A stretch of DNA of 64,000 nucleotides, taken from NCBI GenBank assembly GCA_044892505.1, contig CM097883.1:314588001-314652000 (forward strand), given 5' to 3'. Shown in pieces: positions 18,948-31,558 of the stretch. Both the position numbers and the translations under genes were made by a program. How positions within the stretch are numbered: the first letter of the stretch is position 1; every line of letters begins with the position of its first letter. The notes beneath the pieces are model-generated. The model made no database searches. It worked only from the letters and a program-made list of their open reading frames with translations, and had not been told where the DNA came from. The stretch comes from Schmidtea nova (Eukaryota).

Positions 18948-19262
18948 TTATCCAGTGCTTCTTTTATTATTTAAGTAATTTTTTATTTCTGTCAGATTTG
19001 CAAAGTAATTTTTTTCTACATAATTTAACAGTTTATTTCCATTTTCTTCGGAAATCTTTGATTTTCTGCCACCGATTTTTTCTTTTGATATAAAGCCAAA
19101 TTTTTTATACTTAAATATTATTGCTTTAATTGTGTTTTTTGTAATTCCTAACAGTCTGCCAAATTGTAAATAATCCACCGCATTTTCCATGGCATTCACG
19201 ATTTTGACTTTGTCAGCTTCTGAAATTCTATTACAATATAACATTTTTAAAATTGTAGCCAA
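18948..19262 (-). pseudogene. Tc1/IS630-type transposase N-terminal HTH fragment
   Basis: KVKIVNAMEN...GRLLGITKNTIKAIIFKYKKFG...GGRKSKIS...L paired-like HTH pattern; no DDE domain follows. Confidence 0.7.
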
Positions 19263-19849
19263 TAAAACCTACTTTTTTCTAGTTTTTCTTTCTAAACCAT
19301 GCCCTGCAGAACTTGATTGTTCTTCATTAAATGATATTCTATAAATATTTTGATTTAATTATATTAAAAATTAATTTTTACAAATTTGGCTGATCGTTTT
19401 CCCGAAAGCTTAAGGTTGAGCCTTAAAAAATATCGTAATTCCTATAAAAAATTTAATTAATTATTAAATGAAAAATAAATCTTACAATATGCTCTCTTGA
19501 AAAATATTTTTTTCAAATATTTTGCTTTTGATTTCATTTTAAAAATCGATAAAAAAAATAATTAACTGTTTATTCGTAATGTCAAGACAACAGCCATCAT
19601 GTTCGGCGAAGGATCGAGCTTTAGAAACTATTGAACATGTCGTAAGAAAGAAGATCACTATAAAAAATCAATACGACTTGTGCTGAACAACAACAGTAGT
19701 TCATCATTATTCATTTAGGCAACATGTCGATTTCAGTGAAGAAGTTGGAGATGAGACGGAAAATTTAGTCACCATTTTCCCTCCTCAGCTTTAAATTCCT
19801 GATGATCTTCCTCCTCCTCTAAACACTTTTCGATGGAGAAATCGCCCCT

Positions 19850-21240
19850 GCTCCTACGGATACCTCCTACCTGTGACCTACTATTACGAATCCCTTTCCA
19901 TATGTGGAAAACGTGAACTAATTCAAACATTTCATCAGTGACACATTATAAGAGGAAATTGTGATGCAGAACAATCTTTATTCTGTCGGGCAAAGTAGTG
20001 GTGTCACTTCCGTTGACACTTGCAAAGGAGATATAGAGGTATTCATAGGGGCCATTCTAAAGATGGTGGTTCTTAACCTAACTCAGCTTAAAATGTACTG
20101 GAGCCCATCGACGAGAATACCTTCCATTGCCGATGCATTCAAATGAGAAATAAACAGCTTTAAAAAATTGAAAAGCTGCCATCATTTCAATGACAACACA
20201 AAGAGATCTCCAATTTACTTGTAATTCTCTCCCCACTGAAGAAAAGAACAGCATCGATGAGCAAATTATACCAACCAAAGAAAGATATGTTATGCGGCAG
20301 TACCTTACAAAAAAAGCCCAATAAATGGGGTATATAAGATTTTGCTAGATGTGGAATAACCGGCATTCTATACGACTTCTACATTTACACGGGAAAATCT
20401 TCGGAGCCATCTTCGTTACTTGGAGTTAATGGTGACACAGTAATGTCAGTCTGTGCAATATTGTATTATGACAATTGGTTTTCATCCATCCCTTAATTTC
20501 CCTTTCAAACAGCAAGGGATACATTCCACCTGTACCATCTGCAATAACAGATTGAAAGGCTCTGTCAAATTTCTGAAAGAGGAGAAAGATCTTTGCAAAA
20601 CTGATCGCGGATCGATGGACTACTTGACTGAAGCGGATACAAATATATGTATGGTTCGTTGGCTGGACAGTTTCCCTGTACAACTGGCATCATCTTATTC
20701 GGGTTCCACCTTCGGTCCACCAGTGAATCGTTTCTCTGTTAAAGACAGAGTCTAAACAAATAGTCTATGTTTCCTGTCCCACAATAGTCCATGAATATAT
20801 TAAACAAACGGGAGGAGTTGATTTGTTGGACATGTATCTGAGCTTATACCATAGTCGACTCCATAGCAAGAAAAGTTATCACATCTTATATTGCGTACTT
20901 CAAGAAAGCGTTATAAACTACTACTCTATCGTCGATATTGCCAGCTACCCAATCTACAGCAGCTTTCTCTTCTGGACTCTACAATGTACGTAAGTGAGAG
21001 ACTTATGCGCGCTGGTAAAATTAATCAAGAAACACAAAATCCATCAGAGAGAATGAGGCCATCACGATTAAGCCAAGAAAGCTCCACAAGCCACCTCTAC
21101 CACGATTCACCAGGAGCCAACAAAAATTTGCTTACTACAGAGAGCTTGGTAATAAACCTGGTTACACATACATTGAATTCTCCAGATATGCCGTCTTAAT
21201 TTGCATGGTTAAGGATCGAAACTATTTTACTAATTTTCAT
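19850..21240 (+). mobile_element. Decayed piggyBac transposase
   Basis: Frameshifted blocks MYWS, SIDEQII, KKPNKWGYKIF, LYDFYIYTGK, YYDNWFSS, MVRWLDS, GGVDLLD, and a Cys-rich end ICMVKDRNYFTNFH. Confidence 0.88.
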
Positions 21241-21856
21241 ATTTATTAGATGTATTGCTTCTTACTCTTAAATCTATACCATTGAAGCACACAGTTGTTC
21301 TGGAGCAACAATTCACATCTCGCTTAGGTTTTCTTAATCTTAGCACACATTTTCGAAATGTGCGTTCAAAAAAATTCTCTTTCAGCAAATTTTTTTCAAA
21401 CCATTTTTTTTCAAAAAAAAATTAAAATCTTTTGAAATAAAAATGGCTTTAAAACTTTTACTAAATGTAAAATTGCAAAATCTACTGATGAATCTTTAAA
21501 CCAGTTTAAAAGAAAAGAAAAATATTATTTTCTTGGTATGTGTAAAAAATGTGCAAAAGTGGAAAATAAGAAAAGAGAAGAACAATATAAAGAAAACGAA
21601 AAAAATAATATAAGAACAAAAAACTCTAATATAGATGAGAAAACATGTTCAAAATGCAATTTAAATAAATCTATTTGTGGTGTAAAATAAATAAACTGTA
21701 AAATAAATAAACCAAACTTTAACTAATTAAATAAAATTAAGATTCTAATAAAATTTTTAAAAAATTAAAAATTAAATTAATAAAATAAAATAAAAAATAA
21801 AATAAATAAAATAATAATAATTAATAATAATGATAATTAATAATAATTAATAATAA

Positions 21857-22064
21857 NNNNNNNNNNNNNNNNNNNNNNNNNNNNNNNNNNNNNNNNNNNN
21901 NNNNNNNNNNNNNNNNNNNNNNNNNNNNNNNNNNNNNNNNNNNNNNNNNNNNNNNNNNNNNNNNNNNNNNNNNNNNNNNNNNNNNNNNNNNNNNNNNNNN
22001 NNNNNNNNNNNNNNNNNNNNNNNNNNNNNNNNNNNNNNNNNNNNNNNNNNNNNNNNNNNNNNNN
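21857..22064. other. Assembly gap
   Basis: Run of N. Confidence 1.
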
Positions 22065-22116
22065 TTTTCCGAAAATTTTGCAAAAATTTGACTTTTGTTA
22101 AACCATGCCGTACCAA

Positions 22117-22135
22117 GCCGGTCAAAATGACCGGC
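22117..22135. repeat. Perfect 8 bp palindromic hairpin GCCGGTCA-AAA-TGACCGGC, possibly a transposon subterminal motif
   Basis: Direct reading; function not established. Confidence 0.5.
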
Positions 22136-22344
22136 AAATCAATCAATCAATAAATAATAAATTTTGAATAATATAATCAAAATAATTATTTAAACTTTTT
22201 GATTCATGCTTGTGATGCTTGGTTTTGATGTATGTGTTTAATATCTGTATGTAACATGGCTTTTAGATTAAACCAAATATTTCAGTTCTCTACACATTAA
22301 TAGTGAAATTTATGTGCCTAAAAAGTTACAATAATATTTATATG

Positions 22345-22538
22345 TATTGGTTGGTTGTTGATCGTCAATATGACCTTGACGTTACTATGGCTCTCCTCAA
22401 CAACTCAACATACAAAACATTAGATTAACCATCTTGTTGCCCGTCACAATGTAACGTTGGTAATGCAACAAATGGGTGGGTATTCGCAATCAGTGAGCGT
22501 CGAAAATTTGAAACTATGATTGACCGAATATCTCCTGG
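22345..22538 (-). repeat. Dispersed ~300 bp repeat family R (left part; continues at 25253-25350)
   Basis: Aligns with 51815-52075 and, inverted, with 47535-47780. Confidence 0.85.
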
Positions 22539-25252
22539 TAGTGTTTCTTCTCGAGAATTCTTTCTCGAGAAATTCTCGAGAAAATCGATAAAGTTATTAA
22601 GTAGCAATTCTCGAGAAATTTAGATATTTCTCGAGAAATATGTAACAAATATAATTAAGTGTATTATTTGAATAAAACTTTGTTATTTTGTGTAATTTTG
22701 AAAGTTTTAATAATTTACCGTTCTGTTTCGTTTTCTTATTCATCAGTGTCATACAACTTTTTTACAACACCGTTAGTTTTCTATTTTCTTATTCATCATT
22801 CTCTCATCCTCATATCTCAGTTGTTGTACCATACTTAATAATTCGGGGAATTCCCGATAGTATATTTGAATAATAAATAAATTATCAGTTGAGCAATTAC
22901 TATATAACTAATTTCATTGTGAAATAACAACTTGAAGTCATAAGTCTTGTTTTAGCGAAGTAATAATTAGAGTTTTGTATGTAAAAATATTTTTAATTAA
23001 AAAAAGGAAACCATATAACTATATAATAAATTTAATGTAAGTAGTTGTTTTATTATAAATACTGTTTTTAAAATAAGTCTAATTAAAAAAATAGAAACCA
23101 TTTACGCAGAAAATGAGTAAAATTTACCGGGACTGTTGGGAACATTTTAAAAAAAGTGAAAGTAATAAAGATTTGGCAATATGTAAAATATGTCTTAAAC
23201 CACTTTCATGCAAAGGTTCGGCGACTATTGGTCTGCGTAGGCATCTTGAAGGTTTACATGAGTATAAAAGAGAAGAAGAAAACAATTATGGTCAGAGTAC
23301 CTCAAAAAATGCAAAAAAATACAGGTATGGAGACAATCCAATTGAATCTTTCTTGAAACGACCAACTATTGGTGAATTAGTTTCAAAGTTAGCAGCTGTT
23401 GATGGAATATCGTTTCACAGAATTTCTAAAAGTGAATTTATTAGAACATCTATGAGTGGCAAAGGATTTAATTTACCACAGAACTCGACCAAAGTGATGC
23501 AATTAATGCTGAACTTTTATGAAGAAGTAAAACAACAGCTAATAAAAAAAATAATTAAACACAAAGATAATGGTAAGAAATTCAGTATATCCATTGATGA
23601 ATGAACAAGCATGAAAAATAAAAGATATATGGATATACCTTTATTATAATAACAAAGATTCAGACAATTTGGGGATGGTTCCTGTTGTTGGTAGTTGATC
23701 TGCAGAAAAAGCATTGGAATTAGTGAAAGAAAAATAAATCGTTTAATATCATATTTAATGACAACGTCGTAGCTACGATGAGTGATGGTGCTGCTGTGAT
23801 GCAGAAATTTGGACGATTATCTTCTCAATTTCACCAACTTTGCTACAATCACGGGTTGCATTTGGCTGTTCTGAAAGTATTTTTTGTCAAGAAGGGCTAT
23901 CCTGATAACTTTGCTTGTATCGAGGAATCTGATAACGAATCTGAAATAGAATATTTAGAAAATGAAAATAATAACTGACGACTCCGATATAGAAGTTGTG
24001 GAAGACGTTGATGTTTATTTGCAACCCCAAATCGAAAAAGCAATTAAATTCATAAGAAAAATATCAAAAATGTTTAAAATCTCCCCCGTTAAAAATGCTA
24101 TATTACAAAAATATGTAATGGAAGAGGAAAAAAAGAGCTAATGGTAATTTTAGACTGTTGGAACGATGGAACACGATGGAGGCTATGGTAGAAAGATTTG
24201 TACGAATTAGTGGCTCAATCAAAAAAGCATTATTGATTGAATTAAATTTGGGTAGTTTGTGGAATATTAGCAACATTAGCAACATTAGCAACATTAGCAA
24301 CATTAGCAATATTAGCAACATTAAAACCACTCCGTATTACAATTGAAAATCTTAGCCGAGAAGATTCTACATTATTAACTGCTGAAGGAGCTTTCAGGTT
24401 TTTATTTACAACTTTGGAAAAATTAAATACTAATTTAAGTCGAGATCTCCTTAATGCAGTTAGGGAGGAAATGTCTAAAAGGAGGGATTATACTTTAGTA
24501 TCGGTTATTAGGCTCCTACAGAATCCTGATTGTATGTCACATAAAGAAAATGATAGTTTCTTTGACATGGCACCAAAAAAAGAGATATATAAATTGGCTA
24601 AATCTATATCATCTAGAATTTTTGAAATTACAAACAGTGATAACAATAATACCGAAGAAATTGGTGACACTGAAAATGTTGAAGAATATCCAGATCGAGA
24701 AGAAGAGGTAAGTCTACAACAACAAATAAATTTTGCAATTACAAAAAGTTTACAAGAGTATGAAAGTCCGAATGCTAACAAATTTCAATCATTAGATGAG
24801 GAATTTAAAATATTTGAAGCAAATGGGAAGAGAACCTCAAATTTGCAGAATCTTTTGGATGCACTTCTCACCATTAAATCAACTTCTACGCAAAATGAGC
24901 GGAATTTTTCTATTGCAACAGATTTTGTTACCAAAAAAGAACCAGAATGGGAGATTCAACTTTGGACGCTCTGTGTTTCTTAAAACATTATTTTAAATCA
25001 CAAAAATGATTTAATTTATTATATTTTTATAAAATCTTTTATGTATTTTTGTAAAACTTTAAGAAATTATTTTTACGTTATTATTTTTTATTTTGTTGTA
25101 TAATAAAAATGTGAATTTCAGTTTATATTATACTGCATTAGATTTTTATTTTAATAAAATATTTTCTCGAGAAATCTCGAGAGATCTCGAGAAAAAAAAT
25201 ATGTGTTTTCTTTTCTCTAGAAATTAAAAAGGGTGAGAAATGAGGAACACTA
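22539..25252 (+). mobile_element. Decayed hAT element with BED zinc finger transposase
   Basis: TIRs TAGTGTTYC, subterminal TCTCGAGA clusters, BED finger (CKIC...LRRHLEGLH), DE*TS, MSDGA, CYNHGLHL, RWN, ERNFS. Multiple stops and frameshifts; 9 bp ATTAGCAAC expansion at 24266-24323. Confidence 0.9.
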
Positions 25253-25641
25253 CTAATGGGTCCAAGGGATACCGATAGAAGGTTTATTGCTCATTTTGTC
25301 CCTTCTTCAACGATTTATCTATAAGCATTCAACAAAACTTTATCGGCAATTCAACATAAATATTCTACCTAACTATAACTTTATTATTGCATCCAAATAA
25401 ATCATTCTGAGCATCAAAACACTAACCAAACATTAAATTTTGCTAATAGTATAATTTATGTTAATACTTATATAATTTATTAAAAAAATTAATCTACATT
25501 TAAAATAAAATAAAAATAAAAAACTTTAATGTTTAATTTACCAACAATAATTTTATTCTTATTTTACATTCATATTAATTTTCTCGGTTTAAATTACCGA
25601 TTACCAAAATTACATTTGTTTTAAATTGGTATTTTAATTAA

Positions 25642-26135
25642 ATGGGAAATGAAAGGTCACTTCTAGTTGAAATGCGCTCAACTCCGATCAAGAAGGAAAT
25701 TAGAAGACTCGGCTAAGGATTCAAAAAAAATCAGACCCGGATGATTCTGTTTCGCCAAGTATTGACGAATTTATGAGTTTACCTCAACTCCAACAAAACT
25801 CTCTCGTACAAAGAGTTATTGAAATATTTGATTCCGACAACAATGGGAAGTGGATTTTAAAGAATTTATCGAAGGAATGTCACAGTTTTCTGTCAAAAGA
25901 AATGAACAATCGAAATTAAAATTTGTATTCAAAATTTTCGAAATCGATCGTGATGGATTTATTAGTAATGGTGAACTATTTCAGGCTTTAAAAATGATGG
26001 TCGGTAATAATCTCAAAGAAACTCAGTTGCAACAAATAGTTGATAAAACGCTTTTGTTTGCAGACAAAGATGGCGATGAATTTTGTGCAGTAGTTTTTAG
26101 AAGGGATGTTCATTCTAAAATGGTAGTTGACATGG
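25642..26135 (+). pseudogene. PPP3R1: Calcineurin B regulatory subunit pseudogene, intronless
   Basis: [82 protein letters not shown]...SKMVVD. Stops, frameshifts and a deletion in EF-hand 4. Confidence 0.93.
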
Positions 26136-27797
26136 TAGTTCGGCTAATTTTATATAATAAAAGTTACTTTGTCATTATCTTTTTGTTATGAAATTATATA
26201 TCCAATAATTAGAAAGAACCTAACAGTATTGATTTTAAATTTATAAAAACAAGTGAAAAGTATTATTTTTAATTGTTTTTTGAACAAATAGTGTTTTTTC
26301 TCTATCTGTTTATAGGTTTTAGTTTTGAGTTGCAATCAAGAAAAAAAATTCGTAAATAAAGATTAATTTTAAGTTGCAATTTAATGGGAGTATTGGGGGT
26401 GTTTAGAATGATATATGTAATTATTTATCGAAAAAGTATAATGCCTTTGAATTGAACCGTTATAAAATAAAAACGAAAATTGAATGACTACACCGTATTT
26501 CACTCAATAATCTCACCTAATCGATTTTTACTTTAGCTAACATTTTTGAATAAAAATAAATAACGTTGTTGTTTTTTGTGGTTGTTAATCCTCATTTTAC
26601 CGGAGGTTTTAGACTGGTTTTATAAAAAATAAATAAAATAAATATAATATTGTATTTTGGTTGAATGAAATGGATACTATAATAGTAAAAGAGTGAATGA
26701 AACTTTTGCACGGTTTTGTTGGAGGTATACTTTTTCTATGTTTGATGTGGGAACAATGATCGCGAGTTTGTGTGTTTATATACTTTTGTGTGTTGAGATG
26801 AATACACCTGTTTTCGTTCGATAAAAGTATATCTATAATATAAAAAATAAATAACCAATAGAAAATGATAACTTACGTTGATGTTAACAGTTAATTTTAC
26901 TTCGTTTAAAAGTTTTAGTATGTGGTAGACAAACTGTGAGAAAAATAAATTATGTACACAAACACAACACACAATGAAAATTGCATGCAAACTTTTAAGG
27001 ACACATTTTTTACGCGTTTAAAAGTCCTATAATTAATTTATTTATTTTTAAAATATGATTTTTAGGTAAATTTTTGGAATATTTTATAAGAGAGTTTTCT
27101 AGAAAATGGATAAATAACATCGTAAGTTTTATTTTAATATAAAATTTCATATATTTACAAAAATTATATGACAAAATTTTCCCCTTCTTCAGTAGCCAAA
27201 AAATAATTTCGTCTAATTATTTTCAAATTATAGACAATTAAGCATATTTACTCTGCAATTTGGATCATTTTGAAGTCTCATATAATACAGGACGATAAAA
27301 TTTGGCAATTCTTGAAATAAAAAATTAAGCTTAATTAAATTATTTCTTGGAATATCCAAAAAATATTTCAAAATTAGAAATAATTATAATAATTATTAAT
27401 TAAAAATTATTTTTTAACTTACGTTAAATGAAAATAATTCCCAAAAAAATCTTAAAAAAATCATGATTTTCTAGAAAGTATTTAATAATAAATAAAAATA
27501 AGTGAAGAACAAATATAATGGAATTTCATTAATAAACTATTGTTAAAAAATATTTTTACTTACGTTTAATGTAAAATACTTCCAAAATAATTCATAAAAA
27601 ATCATATTTTCCTAAAAGCTAATAAATTTAAAATAAAATAATATTGAAGAATATAGATAAACTTTCAAAGCTTCTATAGTGATCTTATATCATTGTAAAA
27701 TTAAAATAGAAACCTTAAAAGATATCTAAATAAATAAAATTACCTGATAGCCATTTTTAAAAAATGGCTTAATGAAAAATAAATGGCTAAATAAAAA

Positions 27798-28333
27798 TGT
27801 AACACAAAAATTAAACAAAGTAACTATGAGTAACAAGTAGATGTACACACCTACTTGTATCATAGTTACTTTTAAACAACGAAAACCGGTGTACGCTATT
27901 GTTATGATTTTGTGATTGTATGTTAAATAGATTGTTGGGTGAAATTGGTAGTGATAGATGTAAATGAGTGAATTTTTTGTATGAATTTTCTGGATGTGTG
28001 ATGCTAGTAGATAATAATGACTGAAATGATATAATGTGTGTGTTGGTAATTGAATGTAATTTTGTATTGTATTATAAATGGTTGTGACTAATGAGTGGTA
28101 TGGATGTTGTATTTTGCAAATATGGATGTATTATTATTTTCGGGATATCGTGAGGGTATTTATAATATAATATATAATATATATTTATAAAATATTTTTA
28201 GAATTAAAATGATAATAATAATTTTTATAATACAAATTTTGAATTTATAATTTTATAAAAATTATATAATAATATAATTTCTAATTTTTCTAATACGTTA
28301 ATGAAATTTTGGATTTTAATTTTTATAATTTAA

Positions 28334-28406
<73 letters not shown>

Positions 28407-29810
28407 AATCATTTTGATTGTAAATTTTTCTACAAAAGTTCAAATTTAGAATTTTATAAATTAATAAAATTTCCAATATAATAATAAAATTTCTGATTTT
28501 TACATTTTAATATAATAATAGAATATTTTAATTTATAATTTTACATTCTAATATAAGTTTTGATTTATAATTTTACATTTTAGGAAAATCTCGATTTATA
28601 ACTTTTATACTTTGAATTTTTACGTAATATAATATCTATAAAAGTAAATTTTTATCTTTATGACCAAACTTGAAATTCCATAAAATTCATACAATAATAA
28701 AATTTTATCCATAAATTTAGCAATCTAAATAAAAATTCAATCTAAAAAATTTTAAAAATTAAATTATCTTCAAAAATAAATTATGAATTTTTACAAAATT
28801 AATTTCCACATATGGGTTTCTAAAAATAAGACATATATAAAATTTCAAGCCGGTTCTTTCGCGATCATTAATATTCAAAATTCTTTATGCAATTCTTAGA
28901 AGTTTTCATCAATAAGGTTCACGATTTCGAGTAAAAATTCAACGATTGCTCTTTGAGTGGTCATTTACAAGTTTTTATAAGTTTCATAACATAAAATTCA
29001 TGGTTCTTACATATTCAAAAAGCTTCTCCGCTTGGTTCGGGTACGATTTCCAGAAATTTTTTGAGAAGTTCGCCTTCCGAGAATTTTCTCAAACGATTTT
29101 AAGCAAATTTATCTCTTTTAAAATTTCAGTGCTAAAAACGTTTCAAAATTTTTAGCAACAAAATTCCAGAAATTCTGCAAATTCTGATGAAATTGTAGAT
29201 TGAATCCATTTTGATGGCGGTATATATAGTTGCTCAAAAATTCATTTTCGTTGAGATATTAAAACAAATTGTTCTAGAAGGAATTTTCTGATTCTTGAAA
29301 ATTAATTTCAATTATTTTACGCAAAATTGAATTATTATTTTTGCATAAAATTTTAAATAAATTCTAAATAATTTATTTTTGATCTAAAATTTCATTTTTA
29401 AATCAAAGTTTTTTCCAATTTAATTAATTTATCATAATTTTTGACTAAAACAATTTTCTTTCATGTTATTCGAATTTTTACACTAAAATTTGAAAATTTC
29501 CTCCCGAAAAGATGTTTATTTTTTCTAGTGTACTATTCTATTACACAATTGATGTTCTCACGCTATACATGTGTTTTTCACGTATAAACTCAATGCGATT
29601 TTGTTCGTTTCAATTTTTCGACGTGTTTTGATTGACTATTTCGTGTGTTCTGTTGCTACTGAGCTGTACTTGGTGTTATAGGTTTGTAGAATTCCAAATC
29701 TACTTCTTGCGCGCTTTCTACATATTATAAATTTCAAGTCTACTTCTTCGCGCGCTCTCTACATTTTATAATACCGCGCTATTTAAACAAATCTCAGTTT
29801 TTGCCCAACA
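27798..29810 (-). repeat. LTR-like repeat family B, minus copy (TG...CA ends)
   Basis: Begins TGTTGGGCAAAAACTG at 29810 and is inverted-homologous to 35656-38237/41536-41600. No matching TSD. Confidence 0.65.
28327..28402. repeat. (TA)n microsatellite
   Basis: Direct reading. Confidence 0.95.
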
Positions 29811-29988
29811 GTATTAATAATCTTTATATTATATTTTGTTTAATTGTGGTATTTTATTACATTACGTGAATATTTAAATTAAATTCATATATCAAGCGTA
29901 TTAATTTTGATGTATAAATGGTTCTCGGAGAAAATGAAATACTAAATTTCGCCGTGATTAATATCATTGAGTTATAGATGTGCTAAAG

Positions 29989-31350
29989 CAGTGATACTCA
30001 ACCTGTGTGCCACGAAGGATTTACAGGTGTGCCGCGGAATTATTTCAAAATGTTTAAAATTTCTAACGTTTTAAAACTTTAATCTTAAAATGTTTTAACG
30101 GGTTTTTTGAAAATATTTTTAATTGACATCACTTTTAAATGCTTCTTTAGTTTTTAATATCACAATAATTTTTAAGAAGGAATTTATAAATTTTATAATC
30201 AAAGTAAGTTTATAATTTGTTGTTTAATAATTAAACTTAATGATTATCAATTGATTTTATCGGTTAGCCTCGAAAAGTCCGGAACAAAGCGAAAATTTAA
30301 AGACGAATATATTCAGTATGGCTTCATCACGTTGGAATCTTAAGGTACTTAATCATCATTCTGCCTCAACTGTAATAAAAAATTATCAAACGAGGCACTC
30401 GTTCCAAGCAAATTGAAGCTAAACATCCAGCTTTAAAAAACAAATCAAAACAATTTAAACTTTACAACAATCTAAACAAGCAAAGAAACTTTCAACGTAC
30501 ATGAAAATACCCGAAAAAGATTGATGGCAAGCTACAAGATCACTCAATTGCTGGCAAAACGAAAGAAAGCACATGCAAAAGCTGAAATGATTATTGCCCC
30601 AGCATTAGCAATCATCTATGAAACAATTTTAGGCACCGAAGCGGTCGCGAAAGTCAAAAAGTTTCCATTGTCAAATGACACAATTTCTCGCCAAATCGAA
30701 GATTTATCATCAAATCTGAAAGATCAGATTCAGGAACACTTTGAGGAAGATCCCTCAATGGATTGGTCCTTACAAGTTGATGAATCTACTGACATAAGTG
30801 AAAAAGCTCAGCTTATGGCACTCGTTTTTTAACAATGAAAAAAATAAACTAATTTCAATAATTCATAATTAGACATTGATATTTAAAATTTTTCCAACAA
30901 TTCGTCTAAGTCTGAAATAGTTTTTCTTTCATCAATATCTTTATCAAACATTAAAGTTTTGAGTTTAAGATTCTGTGATATCAATGTTTCGTCAATTCTG
31001 CCCATCTACACAGTTTCCTTAATGAGTGTATTTTCGTCATTTTCATCGATTGATTCTTTGGAAATCAACTGTTATAAAGATCATAAGAGAGTTTATAGTT
31101 TCCAAAGCGATCAGATTCCAATGCTTCTCTGAATGTTCCAACAAGACTAGATGATAATTGTTCAATCTGCTACAATTCAATCATTTCTTCATCCCACACT
31201 TTTCCGACATGTCCGTCGGACAAAATAAAACTCCCACCACATGAAGTTTTATTTATTTATAGATATTATAGTATGAAAATCATTTTTTTAGTCAAAAGTT
31301 TTGGCGCCTCCCTTAGCCATAGACCGCGCCTCCCGGGTTGGAAACCACTG
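29989..31350 (+). mobile_element. Internally deleted Charlie/Buster (ZBED5-like) hAT element
   Basis: Ends CAGTGATACTCAACCT / CAGTGGTTTCCAACCC; ORF 30521-30832 with ASYKI...PLSNDTISRQI...LQVDESTD. Confidence 0.8.
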
Positions 31351-31508
31351 CCTTAAGTTATCTAAAATTCCAAAACTCTCATTGATACAAAATTTATAAA
31401 TTTAATTTAATCATGATCATTTTGTAAAATTCATAAATTATAAATTTTATTTTATTTTATTATGATTATTTTATAAAATTCCAATGGAATCTTATTATGT
31501 ATGTAGTG

Positions 31509-31514
31509 CCTCCG

Positions 31515-31551
<37 letters not shown>
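31509..31551. repeat. (TA)n microsatellite
   Basis: Direct reading. Confidence 0.95.

Positions 31552-31558
<7 letters not shown>

Noticed and set aside
29981-31358. TSD for the Charlie-like element
   Set aside because: The flanks TGCTAAAG and CCTTAAGT do not match, so the ends may be old or from different copies.
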